From Bodo saltans (lineage: Eukaryota): a stretch of 23,432 bases of DNA. This document shows, piece by piece, positions 9,037 to 19,100 of this stretch. The number at the start of each line of letters is the position of its first letter. Position 1 is the stretch's first letter. The notes beneath the pieces are model-generated. The model saw nothing but the letters and a program-made list of their open reading frames with translations. It was not told the origin of the DNA and did no database searches. Made by a program: the position numbers and the translations under genes. The stretch covers positions 1 to 23,432 of the forward strand of contig CYKH01002023.1 in NCBI GenBank assembly GCA_001460835.1. The letters are read 5' to 3'.

Positions 9037-10461
9037 ATGGTTTCACTAAGAATAGATCCTCTGCTCCTATTTGTTGTGGTGGCGTCGCTGTGGTGTGGAG
9101 GAGCGCTGTGGTTTTCCACGAATGATATCACATTTCAAGACGCTCTGTTCATGGGAGTGTCCGTGGTGACCTCGACTGGCCTCTCTCCTATGGACTACAC
9201 AGCACTTCCAGCCTCATCACAGGTTGTGCTGCTCGTTGCAATGATCTGTGGTAGCAATATTCTCTTGTCTGCACTGCCCAGTGTGGTAATGTTAGCAACA
9301 TTAAATAGGCGCCTCAAAAGCCCCACACAGCGGGACGATCGTGACATTGCGCAGGGACGAGCTGAACATGAGCGCAACGTGGCTTTGCTTATTATTGGCT
9401 CGTGCATCGTTGCTTGGGGTCTACTTCTACTCATTGTGATGATGGCGCTGTTGACCCGATTTTCTGTGGCGAGATCGTTGTTCTTGAGTGTTTCATGTGT
9501 GAACAACGTTGGCCTTTCTTTGTCCAAGACTGATTTCTTAGAATACCGCGGGGACTTAATCCTTGTCGCAATCTTCGCTGTTGTGATGCCTCTTGGGAAT
9601 ACACTGTTCCCAGTTGTATTGCGTTCTCTCCTGGTCGGCATACGCTCATTCTTCCAACTGATGATATTGAGGAATGATACTCGAGTGTGCTGGAGAGCTT
9701 GGCACCTCGCCGCTGACGACCTGCTTCGAAATCCGCGATTGCTTTGCTGCCATTTATTCAACTCAAGAGACACCCTGGCACTTGTTGTGATGTGGTGCGC
9801 CATAACTATAGTTGAATTTGTGATGTTCATCCCGGAGTACAACACCTCAGTGTTTCCTGCTCACGGCAGCATTACATCGCAGATGCTGCTGGCTTTCTTC
9901 CAAACAGTTGCGGTTCGAACAAGTGGGTTTGCTATCTTTGACATCACTTTGTTTCGTGCAGGTCATTTGGCAGTTTGGATGATTGCCATGTATGTGACTG
10001 CGTATCCTGTGGTGCTGACCGGCTCAACACGGCGGAGCCATTTGCAGGGCTCACCTGAACTCGGTAGTGCTGCGACTGCTGGGCGTGATCTTGTTTGGGT
10101 GTACGTTAGTGTTGTTGTGATACTTTTTGCCCAGGATCGGCGAATTGGAACCACTCAGCTTGATCCTTCATTTTTTCTTCGCTCATGCTTCGAATGCGTA
10201 AGTGCATTTGGCAATGTTGGGCTTTCACTTCCGCGGTCGAGTGGAGTCGTTTCGTTTTCTTCAGAGCTTAACTTGATGTCGCGGCTTGCCATCACAGTGT
10301 TGATGTTAGCCGGAAAGATGAGATGCCTTCCATCGAAGTTTATGGTAGATGTTGAGGCGAAAGACGATACTTCGGAAGATGAGGAACTGGAGCTTTTCGT
10401 GGCTTCTCCTGTGACTCGCGTGCAAGGCTTCCCCCTCCCACCTGAACCCTCAGTTGCTTGA
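9037..10461 (+). CDS. Trk/HKT/Ktr-family cation (K+) transporter
   Basis: Four membrane-pore-membrane units with the family pore-loop motifs: FMGVSVVTSTGLSPMD, CVNNVGLSLSKTD, QTVAVRTSGFAIFD and CVSAFGNVGLSLP. Each carries the selectivity-filter Gly. The track ORF 9019 starts at TTG, and the first ATG is 9037. Multiple hydrophobic helices throughout. Confidence 0.85.
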   Translation: MVSLRIDPLLLFVVVASLWCGGALWFSTNDITFQDALFMGVSVVTSTGLSPMDYTALPASSQVVLLVAMICGSNILLSALPSVVMLATLNRRLKSPTQRDDRDIAQGRAEHERNVALLIIGSCIVAWGLLLLIVMMALLTRFSVARSLFLSVSCVNNVGLSLSKTDFLEYRGDLILVAIFAVVMPLGNTLFPVVLRSLLVGIRSFFQLMILRNDTRVCWRAWHLAADDLLRNPRLLCCHLFNSRDTLALVVMWCAITIVEFVMFIPEYNTSVFPAHGSITSQMLLAFFQTVAVRTSGFAIFDITLFRAGHLAVWMIAMYVTAYPVVLTGSTRRSHLQGSPELGSAATAGRDLVWVYVSVVVILFAQDRRIGTTQLDPSFFLRSCFECVSAFGNVGLSLPRSSGVVSFSSELNLMSRLAITVLMLAGKMRCLPSKFMVDVEAKDDTSEDEELELFVASPVTRVQGFPLPPEPSVA

Positions 10462-10482
10462 GTCCATCAAAGCCCATTAAAA

Positions 10483-10534
10483 TGTTTCGAATGTTTTTGC
10501 GCTCCGCTGAAACTGTTCTCTCTTATTGCACTTC
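10483..10534 (+). promoter_or_regulatory. pyrimidine-rich tract plus AG before LSM7
   Basis: tgtttcgaatgtttttgcgctccgct...ctgttctctcttattgcacttcag. The ATG is 19 nt downstream. Confidence 0.4.
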
Positions 10535-10552
10535 AGTATCCTCCATTTGAAA

Positions 10553-10840
10553 ATGGCAGCAGAGGCAGCGCACATTCTGAAAAAGAAATCGTCGATCTTG
10601 GCCCTAGAAAAATATCTTGACAAGAGGATAACAGTTGTGCTCGAGGACGAGACAGAATGCAGGGCAATTTTGAAAGGATTTGACAATAACATGGGGCTCG
10701 TGCTGGCTGACGCAGAGCTCTGGATGCCAGGTGCCCCACAACCCCACCGAAAAATTGGGACAACAATCATCCGAGGACGAGCGGTTGCGGAGATCTTGTC
10801 GAGTGACGCAGCGATGTTGGCTTCCAATCCTTTTCAGTGA
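10553..10840 (+). CDS. LSM7: Sm-like protein LSm7
   Basis: Sm1 motif LEKYLDKRITVVLEDETECRAILKGFDNNMGLVLADAEL and Sm2 motif RKIGTTIIRGRAVAEI. The N-terminal KKKSSIL and C-terminal NPF motifs resemble LSm7 orthologues (human KKKESILDLSKYIDK...NPF). The track ORF starts at TTG 10526, and the first ATG is 10553. Confidence 0.7.
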   Translation: MAAEAAHILKKKSSILALEKYLDKRITVVLEDETECRAILKGFDNNMGLVLADAELWMPGAPQPHRKIGTTIIRGRAVAEILSSDAAMLASNPFQ

Positions 10841-10882
10841 GAACAGCTTTCCCATATTCTACTTGCTTACTCTCTCTGTATC

Positions 10883-10940
10883 ACTATTTCTGTGATGTGT
10901 GGTCCTCTTTTCTTTTCCTTGCATTACTCGTCACGCCCCA
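10883..10940 (+). promoter_or_regulatory. pyrimidine tract plus AG before the 4-TM protein gene
   Basis: ctatttctgtgatgtgtggtcctcttttcttttccttgcattactcgtcacgccccag. The ATG is 20 nt downstream. Confidence 0.45.
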
Positions 10941-10959
10941 GAGAAAGAAAGTATCGGAG

Positions 10960-11475
10960 ATGGCGGAATCAGAGGTGAGCGAGTTTCCGTTCCGCGCACC
11001 TCGCCTTTCGCTACTTGTGCTGTTCTGGCATCCAGTCGTCAATGCCTTAAGTGCTTTCAATTGGCTCTTCTTCGTTTCAGATGAAACCAACTTGCTAGGG
11101 TCTCAGCTGAGTCGCGCCCATATTGCTTTCAATGTCATCGGAGCACTGACGTACCTCCTGATTAGCGCAGTGCTCATATTTTGGCCATACCGCTTTGGTG
11201 CTTTCATGCTTGGCAAAACGCGACGAAATCGGCTTGTGCTCGGCGCCATCTTAGTCTACTTCACACACATTCTTCCGTGCTGGATGATTGAGTTTTCGAT
11301 TATATGGAATTATGGATGGTTCACGGTGGTGCAGGGAACTTCCTTCATTCTCTTGACGATGTCATTTCTCGTGGAAACCCTCGTAGTGTGGCTTGGATAC
11401 GTATGGCAGATGGCTGGTTTCATGCAGCAGAACTACGGCAATACAGTTTTCGGGCGCGGAAGCTCAACAAAGTGA
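10960..11475 (+). CDS. small hypothetical membrane protein with about 4 TM helices
   Basis: The track ORF begins at GTG 10837, overlapping the LSm7 stop. The first ATG at 10960 follows pyrimidine tract 10883-10937 and an AG at 10939-10940. Four hydrophobic stretches are present (LSLLVLFWHPVVNALSAFNWLFFV, IAFNVIGALTYLLISAVLIFWPY, LVLGAILVYFTHILPCWMIEFSIIW, FTVVQGTSFILLTMSFLVETLVVWLGYVW). Confidence 0.6.
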   Translation: MAESEVSEFPFRAPRLSLLVLFWHPVVNALSAFNWLFFVSDETNLLGSQLSRAHIAFNVIGALTYLLISAVLIFWPYRFGAFMLGKTRRNRLVLGAILVYFTHILPCWMIEFSIIWNYGWFTVVQGTSFILLTMSFLVETLVVWLGYVWQMAGFMQQNYGNTVFGRGSSTK

Positions 11476-11572
11476 TCCAGTTAGATTTTCACTAGAGGTT
11501 TTTGTACAAATAGAAGCAAACAACTGAGTTCGATTACTATTTCTGGACGAAACTGAGCGACCGATATGTGTC

Positions 11573-11604
11573 TTTTTTTTTTAAAAAAAAAAAATTTTTT
11601 TTTT
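11573..11604. repeat. homopolymer block T10-A12-T10
   Basis: tttttttttt aaaaaaaaaaaa tttttttttt, read directly. It lies in the 147-nt spacer between the 4-TM gene stop and ATG 11622. The T10A10 and A10T10 halves are each self-complementary. Confidence 0.9.
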
Positions 11605-11621
11605 GGTGAAAAAGCCTGGAT

Positions 11622-14468
11622 ATGTCTGACGACTACCGGTTTGCTGATGAGGTTGCCAAGAGAAGCAACAAAGAGCTTGGCGCTTATGGTGGTGACGTTG
11701 TACCGGGCATCATGACTCGCACTATTACTGGAGTTGCGCGAGGAGAAGAGTTGTTTTCCCGCCCCGAGCTGCACCGGCCTTGGCGAACGCCGACAACTCA
11801 GCGCCATGCTGAAGTTGTAGTGGCGAAGGAGCAAGAGATTGAAGTTCTGACAAGAAAGTTAACAGAACTTCGATCACAGGTGGCAACTGGCAATAGAGAG
11901 ATTCAACGAATTCAAAGTGCCAACAAGATTCAACTGAAGACCGAGCTAGATGCGAAGGACAGGATTATTGTAGATCTAAAAGACAAAATCGAGCTTGCCG
12001 CTCGAGATCTCGTCGAGACGAAGGCAAACTACGAAAGTCAAATCAAGGCGCTTAAGTCACAGCAAGATATTGACATGGGGAAGGTGCAGTCGAAACTGAA
12101 GCAGGCATCTGACTCTGCTGGCGAACTCAGTGCCGTGTACACAAAGCAGATCGATGATATCAAAGCTGCCGCAGCCCGGGAAGTCGACCTTATCCAGCGT
12201 CTTTGCAATTCTCGTACTGCAGAGCTGAGCGATGAACTAAAGATTTCGAATGAAGCGCTTCGAAAGTGCCAAGAGCGCCACCTTGTGTCGATTGGAGAGT
12301 TACAGGCCGAAATGCGCCGTAACGAATCTCGTGTGATGGAACAACTACGCGAACAAGAGAAGCGTTTCGAGGCAATGCGCACTTCACTACAGTCAGAGAG
12401 ACAAACCGTTGAGTTCCAGCGAGACAAGGTGAGTACCGAGAAGGCTGACAGCCAAGACCGCTTACGCTCAACTGGCGAAGATCTGAAAATTACCGAACAA
12501 CGCTTCCGAGATTGGAACGCCCGCATTCTCTCGGACTTGGACCAGATCTTTGAGTACTACTCCGCCATGATTCGCGAGGTTGAGAAAGAGTCACCGTTAC
12601 CCTCGACTGACGTGTTGCCCCAGCAGAGGGTGACCGATGTGTACATCCCCCCTCGTCTGTCCTCTGAACCTGTCACACGGGTGTCCATGGATCGAATCAT
12701 CGAACGGCTCTTCCAACTGACCCTTATGAAGCAAAGCCACTCGAGTGCTTCTCAATCACTCCTGCGCAAGATCCGAAACATGGAAGTTGACTTTGCATCA
12801 AAGAGCGAGGCAACACATCGTACTGCCGATGAGAAGGAGCTCCAATTGACGCGCCTTCTCACTGAAGTTGTGGAGTCACGTGGACGACAAGAGCGCCTTG
12901 AGAAGGCAATAGCCGAATCCCAAGTTCAGTTTGCTGATTTAGAAAGCAGGCTCTCAGCTGCCACCATCCGACTGCAGTTCTTCAACGACGACCTCGCTTC
13001 AGCCTTGTCGAGCCCAGCTGCTACAGTCGCACCTCCCACGAAAGACGTGACATTTGTGCTCGTTGCAGTCGAGGGAGGCAATATTCTGTGGGAGAGCGAC
13101 CCTCAGGCTGCAAGCACTTCACTCATGATGATGAACAATGCCATCCGCGCTAAGATGGCTCAGTATGGCGCGTACGAGTGCTTTAGCGACGGAACAACGA
13201 TGATGCTGGCATTCCACGATCCGATTGCCGCCTGTCGATTTGCCCTTGAGAGTCAACTTTGGCTTATGGAGTTACCGTGGCCCGCGTCGATCACAGCGCA
13301 TTACAACACGTGCGACACGTTCCACGAAGATGAAAAGGGCAACCGCTTCTTGATCTTCCGTGGGCTACGCGCAGCGATGGCCATTCACTCTGGCGACGTC
13401 GAGATGGAGCCTACTGGCCTTCCTGTTGGCGTTGGCGAGAGCCGCGTTCACTACTTTGGGCGTACGGTCATTCAGTCTCTGCACCTTGCCAGCATGGCAG
13501 TCGGCGGTCAGATTGTGGTGTCCAATCAGGTGTGGCAGCGTGTGAAGACGCGAACTGATGACCTCGGCAAACCTGCCGTCACAGACCTTGGAGACCACAG
13601 ATTGACTGTTGCCCTTCGAGGGGGAAGCGACGGTCCCACAACGAGTGAGGTGATCACTCTTGTGCAGCTTCAGCCCGCTCAGCTTGCAGCACGCAAGTTC
13701 GATCGCCAGTCAATGTTCGATGCTAGGAAGCATCTTCATGTCGCAGACAGTACTGGCATCACTCCGCAACTCTCGCACATTCGCCGCTCGACGCTTACAG
13801 ATGAGGTGACATCGCTGCGGTCTCGTCAATCAGTTGTTACCAAGGCCATGGAAACGCTGCAAGATGAGTCATCGGCGGTAGGAACGAACCTTGACGCACT
13901 GGTTGTGAAGATTCGAGATGCTCGTGCAGGAACTCACATCTTCAACGCTGCTGATTTACAGACCCAAGCCACAACAGTCGACCGCTTGGTGTCCAAGTTA
14001 GACGTGGTCAAATCTGACCTTGGTCGTGCCTTAACCTCGAACGAAGACCTTCGCCAGAAGTGCAAAAGTTTAGAAGATACGTTGGCTCTACACTCCCGAG
14101 TGACGATGTCCGAAGATGACTTTAGGCGAAGAATTGAGATCGCGAATGAGCGCTGCAACCAACAAGTCTTCGAGGCAAACCAGCAAAGTGAGTCGAAGCT
14201 GCAACAGTTACGTCAAGCACTTGCGCAGTTTGAACAGCAGAACACGGAGTTGCGTCGGCAACTTCACGGGCCATCCCATCTTCAACCGCTTGGCGAACAT
14301 CCAACTCAGTCGCTGGCACAGTCAGGCCGAGCAACCTCAACAACAAAGCGAACGGCAAGCACAAAGCCTGTTCGCACAGCATCTTCGGCGACGGAGAGTC
14401 GCAGCGGAAACTCCCCAACCTTTCCGGACAAACTGAAGAAAACAGTGAGCACTGGACGAAATCATTAG
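11622..14468 (+). CDS. coiled-coil protein with a central class III adenylate/guanylate-cyclase homology domain, probably catalytically degenerate
   Basis: ATG 11622. Coiled-coil sequence is present at aa ~70-330 and ~720-890, and the tail is Ser/Thr-rich. Residues ~475-685 align with the cyclase homology fold: VTFVLVAVEGGNILWE against canonical VTLxFTDIEGSTALWE, FSDGTTMMLAF against GDAFMVAF, and LRAAMAIHSGDV...HYFGRTVIQSLHLASMAVGGQIVVS against RVGIHSGxV...WGNTVNLASRMES...I. Confidence 0.75.
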   Translation: MSDDYRFADEVAKRSNKELGAYGGDVVPGIMTRTITGVARGEELFSRPELHRPWRTPTTQRHAEVVVAKEQEIEVLTRKLTELRSQVATGNREIQRIQSANKIQLKTELDAKDRIIVDLKDKIELAARDLVETKANYESQIKALKSQQDIDMGKVQSKLKQASDSAGELSAVYTKQIDDIKAAAAREVDLIQRLCNSRTAELSDELKISNEALRKCQERHLVSIGELQAEMRRNESRVMEQLREQEKRFEAMRTSLQSERQTVEFQRDKVSTEKADSQDRLRSTGEDLKITEQRFRDWNARILSDLDQIFEYYSAMIREVEKESPLPSTDVLPQQRVTDVYIPPRLSSEPVTRVSMDRIIERLFQLTLMKQSHSSASQSLLRKIRNMEVDFASKSEATHRTADEKELQLTRLLTEVVESRGRQERLEKAIAESQVQFADLESRLSAATIRLQFFNDDLASALSSPAATVAPPTKDVTFVLVAVEGGNILWESDPQAASTSLMMMNNAIRAKMAQYGAYECFSDGTTMMLAFHDPIAACRFALESQLWLMELPWPASITAHYNTCDTFHEDEKGNRFLIFRGLRAAMAIHSGDVEMEPTGLPVGVGESRVHYFGRTVIQSLHLASMAVGGQIVVSNQVWQRVKTRTDDLGKPAVTDLGDHRLTVALRGGSDGPTTSEVITLVQLQPAQLAARKFDRQSMFDARKHLHVADSTGITPQLSHIRRSTLTDEVTSLRSRQSVVTKAMETLQDESSAVGTNLDALVVKIRDARAGTHIFNAADLQTQATTVDRLVSKLDVVKSDLGRALTSNEDLRQKCKSLEDTLALHSRVTMSEDDFRRRIEIANERCNQQVFEANQQSESKLQQLRQALAQFEQQNTELRRQLHGPSHLQPLGEHPTQSLAQSGRATSTTKRTASTKPVRTASSATESRSGNSPTFPDKLKKTVSTGRNH
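13044..13676 (+). other. cyclase-homology domain (class III nucleotidyl cyclase fold) inside CDS 11622..14468
   Basis: See the alignment above. The first metal-binding Asp of the F-T-D-I-E motif is Ala here (V-A-V-E-G-G). The second Asp (S-D-G) is retained. The Asn/Arg transition-state pair is apparently not conserved (GRTV...LASM). Confidence 0.55.
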
Positions 14469-14601
14469 ATCATAGACAAGTGATACGCCTACATCCCAAT
14501 CAAGAGAATAAACTAGAGACATTGTCAAAGTGACGATTTGCAAATCAAACAACAAAACATAAGTCATCAGTAGTGACTGCGCTGCAATTGCATTGGTATT
14601 T

Positions 14602-14631
14602 GCGATTTTCTTTCTTGATGTTGTCAAAGAG
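14602..14631 (+). promoter_or_regulatory. pyrimidine tract plus AG before the thiolase gene
   Basis: gcgattttctttcttg, then caaagag. Confidence 0.4.
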
Positions 14632-14638
14632 ATTCTCG

Positions 14639-15982
14639 ATGAGCCGCCTTTCAACGATTGCAAGCCAGCTGGGTATTTCGATTCCTAGCGAGCAGCGAGC
14701 AGTCATCGTGACGGGAGCAAGGACTCCGTTTACTCGTGGCTTTGGTGAGCTGCTTGCGCTGGATACTATCGACCTCGGCGCAGCGGCAGTGAAAGGCCTC
14801 CTCGAAAAGACCAAGTTGGACCCCAACCTTATCGATCATGTTGCATGGGGTGGTGTGATTCTTCGCAACGGATCACCCAACACCGGCCGTGAAATCATTG
14901 TTGACCTCAAACTCCCCCCTTCTATTTCAGCACACACTGAGTCAATGGCTTGCATCTCTGGACTCAAGGCTGTCCTCAGCGGAGTGTTAATGATTGAGTC
15001 TGGGAACGCCTCCGTTATTGTTGCAGGAGGCTCCGACTCTGTTTCGTGCACTGAGGTGCCACTCGCAAGGGATGTTTCTCAGAGTCTTGCCCTCTACACA
15101 AGCGGAAAGATTTCGGCCTCCAAGTTGCTTTCCGTTGCTGGGCTGCCGTGTTCGTGGATGCCGCAGCAACCAGGTGTTGCTGAGCGGTCTACGGGAAAGA
15201 CTATGGGCTATCATGCGGACGTTATGGCAGAACTCTGTGGTGTCAAACGTGGCGACCAGGATAAGTTCGCAATGGCATCGCATGCCAAGGCCGCTGCTGC
15301 AATTTCACAAGGGCTGTTTGACGATGAGATTGTTCCAGTGACCACGAAGGTTGTTCCACATATGCCCTCAAAGCTTGTGAAGAAGGACACGTTGGTCCGC
15401 ATGACCCAAGATGAGAAAAAAGCTGCCACACTGAAGCCCGCTTTCCGCAAGGCAGAAAAAGGAGGTACGATCACTGCTGCGTCAGCATCGCCGCTGACTG
15501 ATGGTGGTGCCGCTGTCCTGTTGATGTCAGCGCGGCGCGCGAAGGAACTTGGTTACGCTGCCGACGTTGCAATCCGCAGTTGGGCCGCATCGGGCATTCA
15601 ACCGGAACCAAATCTACTCCTTGCCCCTGCCCTTGCCTTTCCCACAGCTCTCCGCCGCGCCGGCCTGACGCTTAAGGACATCGATTACTTCGAAATCCAC
15701 GAGGCATTTGCAGGCCAAGTACTTGCCACCACCCAGTGCTTGGCGTCTGCTGAACTATGCAAGAAGTACCTGGGCCTCGATAGTGCTGTTGGCGACATCC
15801 CACTTGACCGTGTGAACATCTACGGGGGCAGCGTCAGCATCGGTCATCCGTTTGGAGCTACGGGCGCACGCATTGTCACCAACGCTGCGCGAATCTTGCG
15901 CAACAAACAAGCAAAGTATGTCCTCATTTCTATCTGTGCTGCTGGTGGCCTGGGGATGGTTACTATTGTCGAACGAATTTAG
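14639..15982 (+). CDS. 3-ketoacyl-CoA thiolase / acetyl-CoA acyltransferase (mitochondrial trifunctional-enzyme beta-subunit-like)
   Basis: N-terminal VIVTGARTPF. Active-site Cys context TESMACISGLKAV. C-terminal NIYGGSVSIGHPFGATGARIV (His) and LISICAAGGLGM (second Cys). The track ORF starts at GTG 14573, with in-frame ATGs at 14618 and 14639. The pyrimidine tract 14602-14617 and AG 14628-14631 favour 14639 (MSRLSTIASQLG..., presequence-like). Confidence 0.8.
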   Translation: MSRLSTIASQLGISIPSEQRAVIVTGARTPFTRGFGELLALDTIDLGAAAVKGLLEKTKLDPNLIDHVAWGGVILRNGSPNTGREIIVDLKLPPSISAHTESMACISGLKAVLSGVLMIESGNASVIVAGGSDSVSCTEVPLARDVSQSLALYTSGKISASKLLSVAGLPCSWMPQQPGVAERSTGKTMGYHADVMAELCGVKRGDQDKFAMASHAKAAAAISQGLFDDEIVPVTTKVVPHMPSKLVKKDTLVRMTQDEKKAATLKPAFRKAEKGGTITAASASPLTDGGAAVLLMSARRAKELGYAADVAIRSWAASGIQPEPNLLLAPALAFPTALRRAGLTLKDIDYFEIHEAFAGQVLATTQCLASAELCKKYLGLDSAVGDIPLDRVNIYGGSVSIGHPFGATGARIVTNAARILRNKQAKYVLISICAAGGLGMVTIVERI

Positions 15983-16020
15983 AAATTGTTGATTGTTTCG
16001 AAGCGCCGTCAAGACAGGGG

Positions 16021-16085
16021 GTTAGTTCTGATGTTTTCCCCGAGACAACTGCTATTTGTGATGTTTATTTCTGTTGATTGTTGAA
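16021..16085 (+). promoter_or_regulatory. pyrimidine-rich tract plus AG before the 1168-aa gene
   Basis: gttagttctgatgttttcccc...ctatttgtgatgtttatttctgttgattgttgaag. Confidence 0.4.
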
Positions 16086-16104
16086 GATTTTGCGATGTCA
16101 CACC

Positions 16105-19100
16105 ATGCGTAGTTTTCAACGAAGACCACGATCAACGCTCCGGGTTACAGCGCCCGCGCCGCTTGTAATTGAGACGCAGGTGCTGGACAGAGAGCGCAGT
16201 CAGCATACGAGCTGGTTTTCATGGATGCTGTTCTGTTTTCGTCCTGCTCGAGTAGTTTCTGTTGCACCTACGCCTGCTCGCCCAATCCGTCCCCACGTTT
16301 CGCATGTTTCCACCAGCCCATTGGCGTGCATTGTTGCGTTCAACCAGTCGCGATGGATGGCGATTGTGGTTGCTGCCACCACAATCCCACGAGTGCCGAT
16401 CGACCCCGTGGTGAGATGGTACTCTTCCCAAATCACAAAACGAGTCCTCAGCTCTGAGACAGTCCTTCAGTTACTAAGAAGTCCAAAATTTGACCATCAC
16501 TTCGCACTTGTCCAGAGCTGCTTCCTGAACGCAAAACAAGTTGTCGTTGATGGTGCCCATGCTATGTCCATGTTAGGGTGTCTTCCTGCGACGGAAAGGC
16601 AAATAATTCTATGTGAGCATCTGTTGAATGATCCCTCGTCAACAGTTGCAGGGCTGCTCCCTGGCGCGACGAGGTTGCTGAGCGATCCAACGAACCTGCG
16701 CACCTGGCATGATGCCCTTCGCATGATGGAGACCCTCCACTCATCTACAACTGTATGGCGCGACCCTGATCTGGCGCTCCGCTTGATGTTGTGCCTGAGC
16801 CGAAGTCCTCCTGCTCACACATCGAGCCGGGTTCATCAGAATGCACTCTTGGAGTCTACTCCGCAACTTCATGCAGTCGCAGTTAGCCGACAGTTTTGCC
16901 GTGAAAGCCTTTGGCTGCTTGCACTATGTAGTTGCCCTCTGAACCACGCGGTTAGAGATGAGCTCAACGTTCGTGCTCGCTTCGAAATTGGCGACTGGGT
17001 TGGTGCACTCGAGGCGGCTACCACTTCGTCCTCGAGTGCGTTGCGGTCCACGGCAATAGAGCTTCTCATTCGGAACGAGCAAACTGTTTTGGCATGTGTT
17101 GCCATACGTCAAAGTGACAGAGATTCAACAAAACTCTCGCCGGCTTCGATTGCATTGTTACTTGCTCAGCTAGCACGCCGAAAGCGCACGCACGATGAGT
17201 CGCAGTGGTACCGGCTAGTGATCGATGACATGATTAACATCCTCCATCAACGTGAACATGTGGGCAACCCCGCTGTGGACGTGGCGGCGGCGGTGGCACT
17301 TGGTGCCTGTGGCTCATGGGAGCGGGTCCTGAGACTGTGCGCTGGGCATTCTGGTAGCATTCCCATTGTCATGACGCTGCTGGTTGCCGCAGCTGGTGGA
17401 GGTGCACCGTGGGAGGTCCTGCAACGTCACACAGTTTCACTCATGAAGACATCATCGCCTACTTCCGCGTCAACATGTGAAATGCTTGTGCGGTGTGCGC
17501 TCGAGGCCGGCGCGTGGCAGGAAGCGGTTCAGATGTATGTGAATAACCATCAGGCATACAAATTACCGGTGGAGGTCCTCGACCATCCTTCTCTTGTCTC
17601 TCATGTCAGTGTTCCGTTCTCGAGCACCACATATTCTTTCGTTGGGCAATGGAGGGAAGCCCTTGAGGCAGAGCGCAGGGCTGGTGTGATTTCCACACTG
17701 CAAACATCAGCGGGGCGCTGCCTTGCTGCAAATGAGCATTGCTGGCAAGTCGCTCTTAGCATAACACAGACGACCGAAGAACGCCTGCGCGTTGCTCGCA
17801 ATCTCCTGGAAACATCGCTGTGGCAGGTTGGACTTGAACTTTTGACTGCAGCGCTTCCAACTGAAACACCCACCGTTCGAACTCTGTTTTTACACTCTGC
17901 TGCTCGTACGTTGAGCTCCCGGAACCCCAAGGCGTCGCTGGATTTACTTGCGACTCACGACAGTGAGTGCCTTGGGAGTAAGGGGCGAGCAGCACTGCTC
18001 CTGCAAACTGTTCTCAAGAGTCCCAGCAACGGTGCAATGGATGCCCTTGTCCCTTGGCTCTCTTGGAGCGATGCAATCATATGCCTGCAACGTCACCGAG
18101 AGCGACCTTCGACCGCTGTATTTTTGAACAGCGTGTTAACGTACTACCATCATCAGCCAGCGAGGCAAACAAAATTGATGGTCGCGCTTCGATTGCTCTC
18201 ATCACGACGCGGTCGGCGGTTGCCATCGGAACGCTCCTTCACGTTATTATTCGAGGCGCAGCGAACCCGTGCGTTTGCATCGTTATCCGCAACACCGATA
18301 CCTGCCGTTGAGACGGAGGAACATGGCCTTCCGCAAGATCTCGAGGCGGGACCAGCGTCAGGGCTGAGGGCATGGTGGGCTGCATTGGAGCTTCTTTCGC
18401 GGCCTATTTCAGCAACGACCAAGCGACCATGGCAGCACCTTGGGGATTGCCCTGACGATCTATTGATTCATGCTGTCACCACACGGCGTCCTTCGCAAGA
18501 CGCCGCAGGGCTTTGTGTATCCGGTTTGTCTGCTCGTGGTCGATGGGAGTTAGCTACCCGCATGATGCAGTCTCTAGCGAGTCAGAAGACATTTCCTGAC
18601 ATGGAGAGCCTCGTCGAGTTAATCGAGTCGGCGGTCCGGCTGCCATCTGATGCTCCACTGCTTCATTGTGTCGACGCACTTCGTCAATGTACGCCCCCTT
18701 CTGTGTTTAACAACGTGCTTCGTGCAGTTGCTGAGCGAAGTGCAAATGAGCGAGGTGCGACGTGGGCTGGGGCACTTCAAGTGCTATCCACTGTGGCACT
18801 TGCTGGGGTACCATACGTTCCTTCATCAGTGGTGCAGAGGATCGCTGAGCTTGCCCCGTCGAAGGCGGCACGAGCTGCTATGCACTTGCTCGACGCGAGG
18901 AGCAGCTCACAACAAACATCACCGATGGCGATGGACGCAGCAGCTATTTGCCATGTTGTTTCAGCAGCCGCGACAGCTCAGTTGGAACCAATCGTTGAAG
19001 TGTTCGAGATGCGGCGAGGGTCCTTCACAGGTGCGATGTCAACCTTGCCATTCACGTTCGATGGATCTTCAAACAAAGTCATACGACGACTCGCGACGTT

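Noticed and set aside
10837-10840. Apparent 4-nt overlap between the LSm7 stop and the next ORF start (operon-style translational coupling)
   Set aside because: The overlap exists only for the GTG-initiated version of the downstream ORF. With the ATG at 10960 there is a normal 120-nt spacer with a pyrimidine tract and AG.
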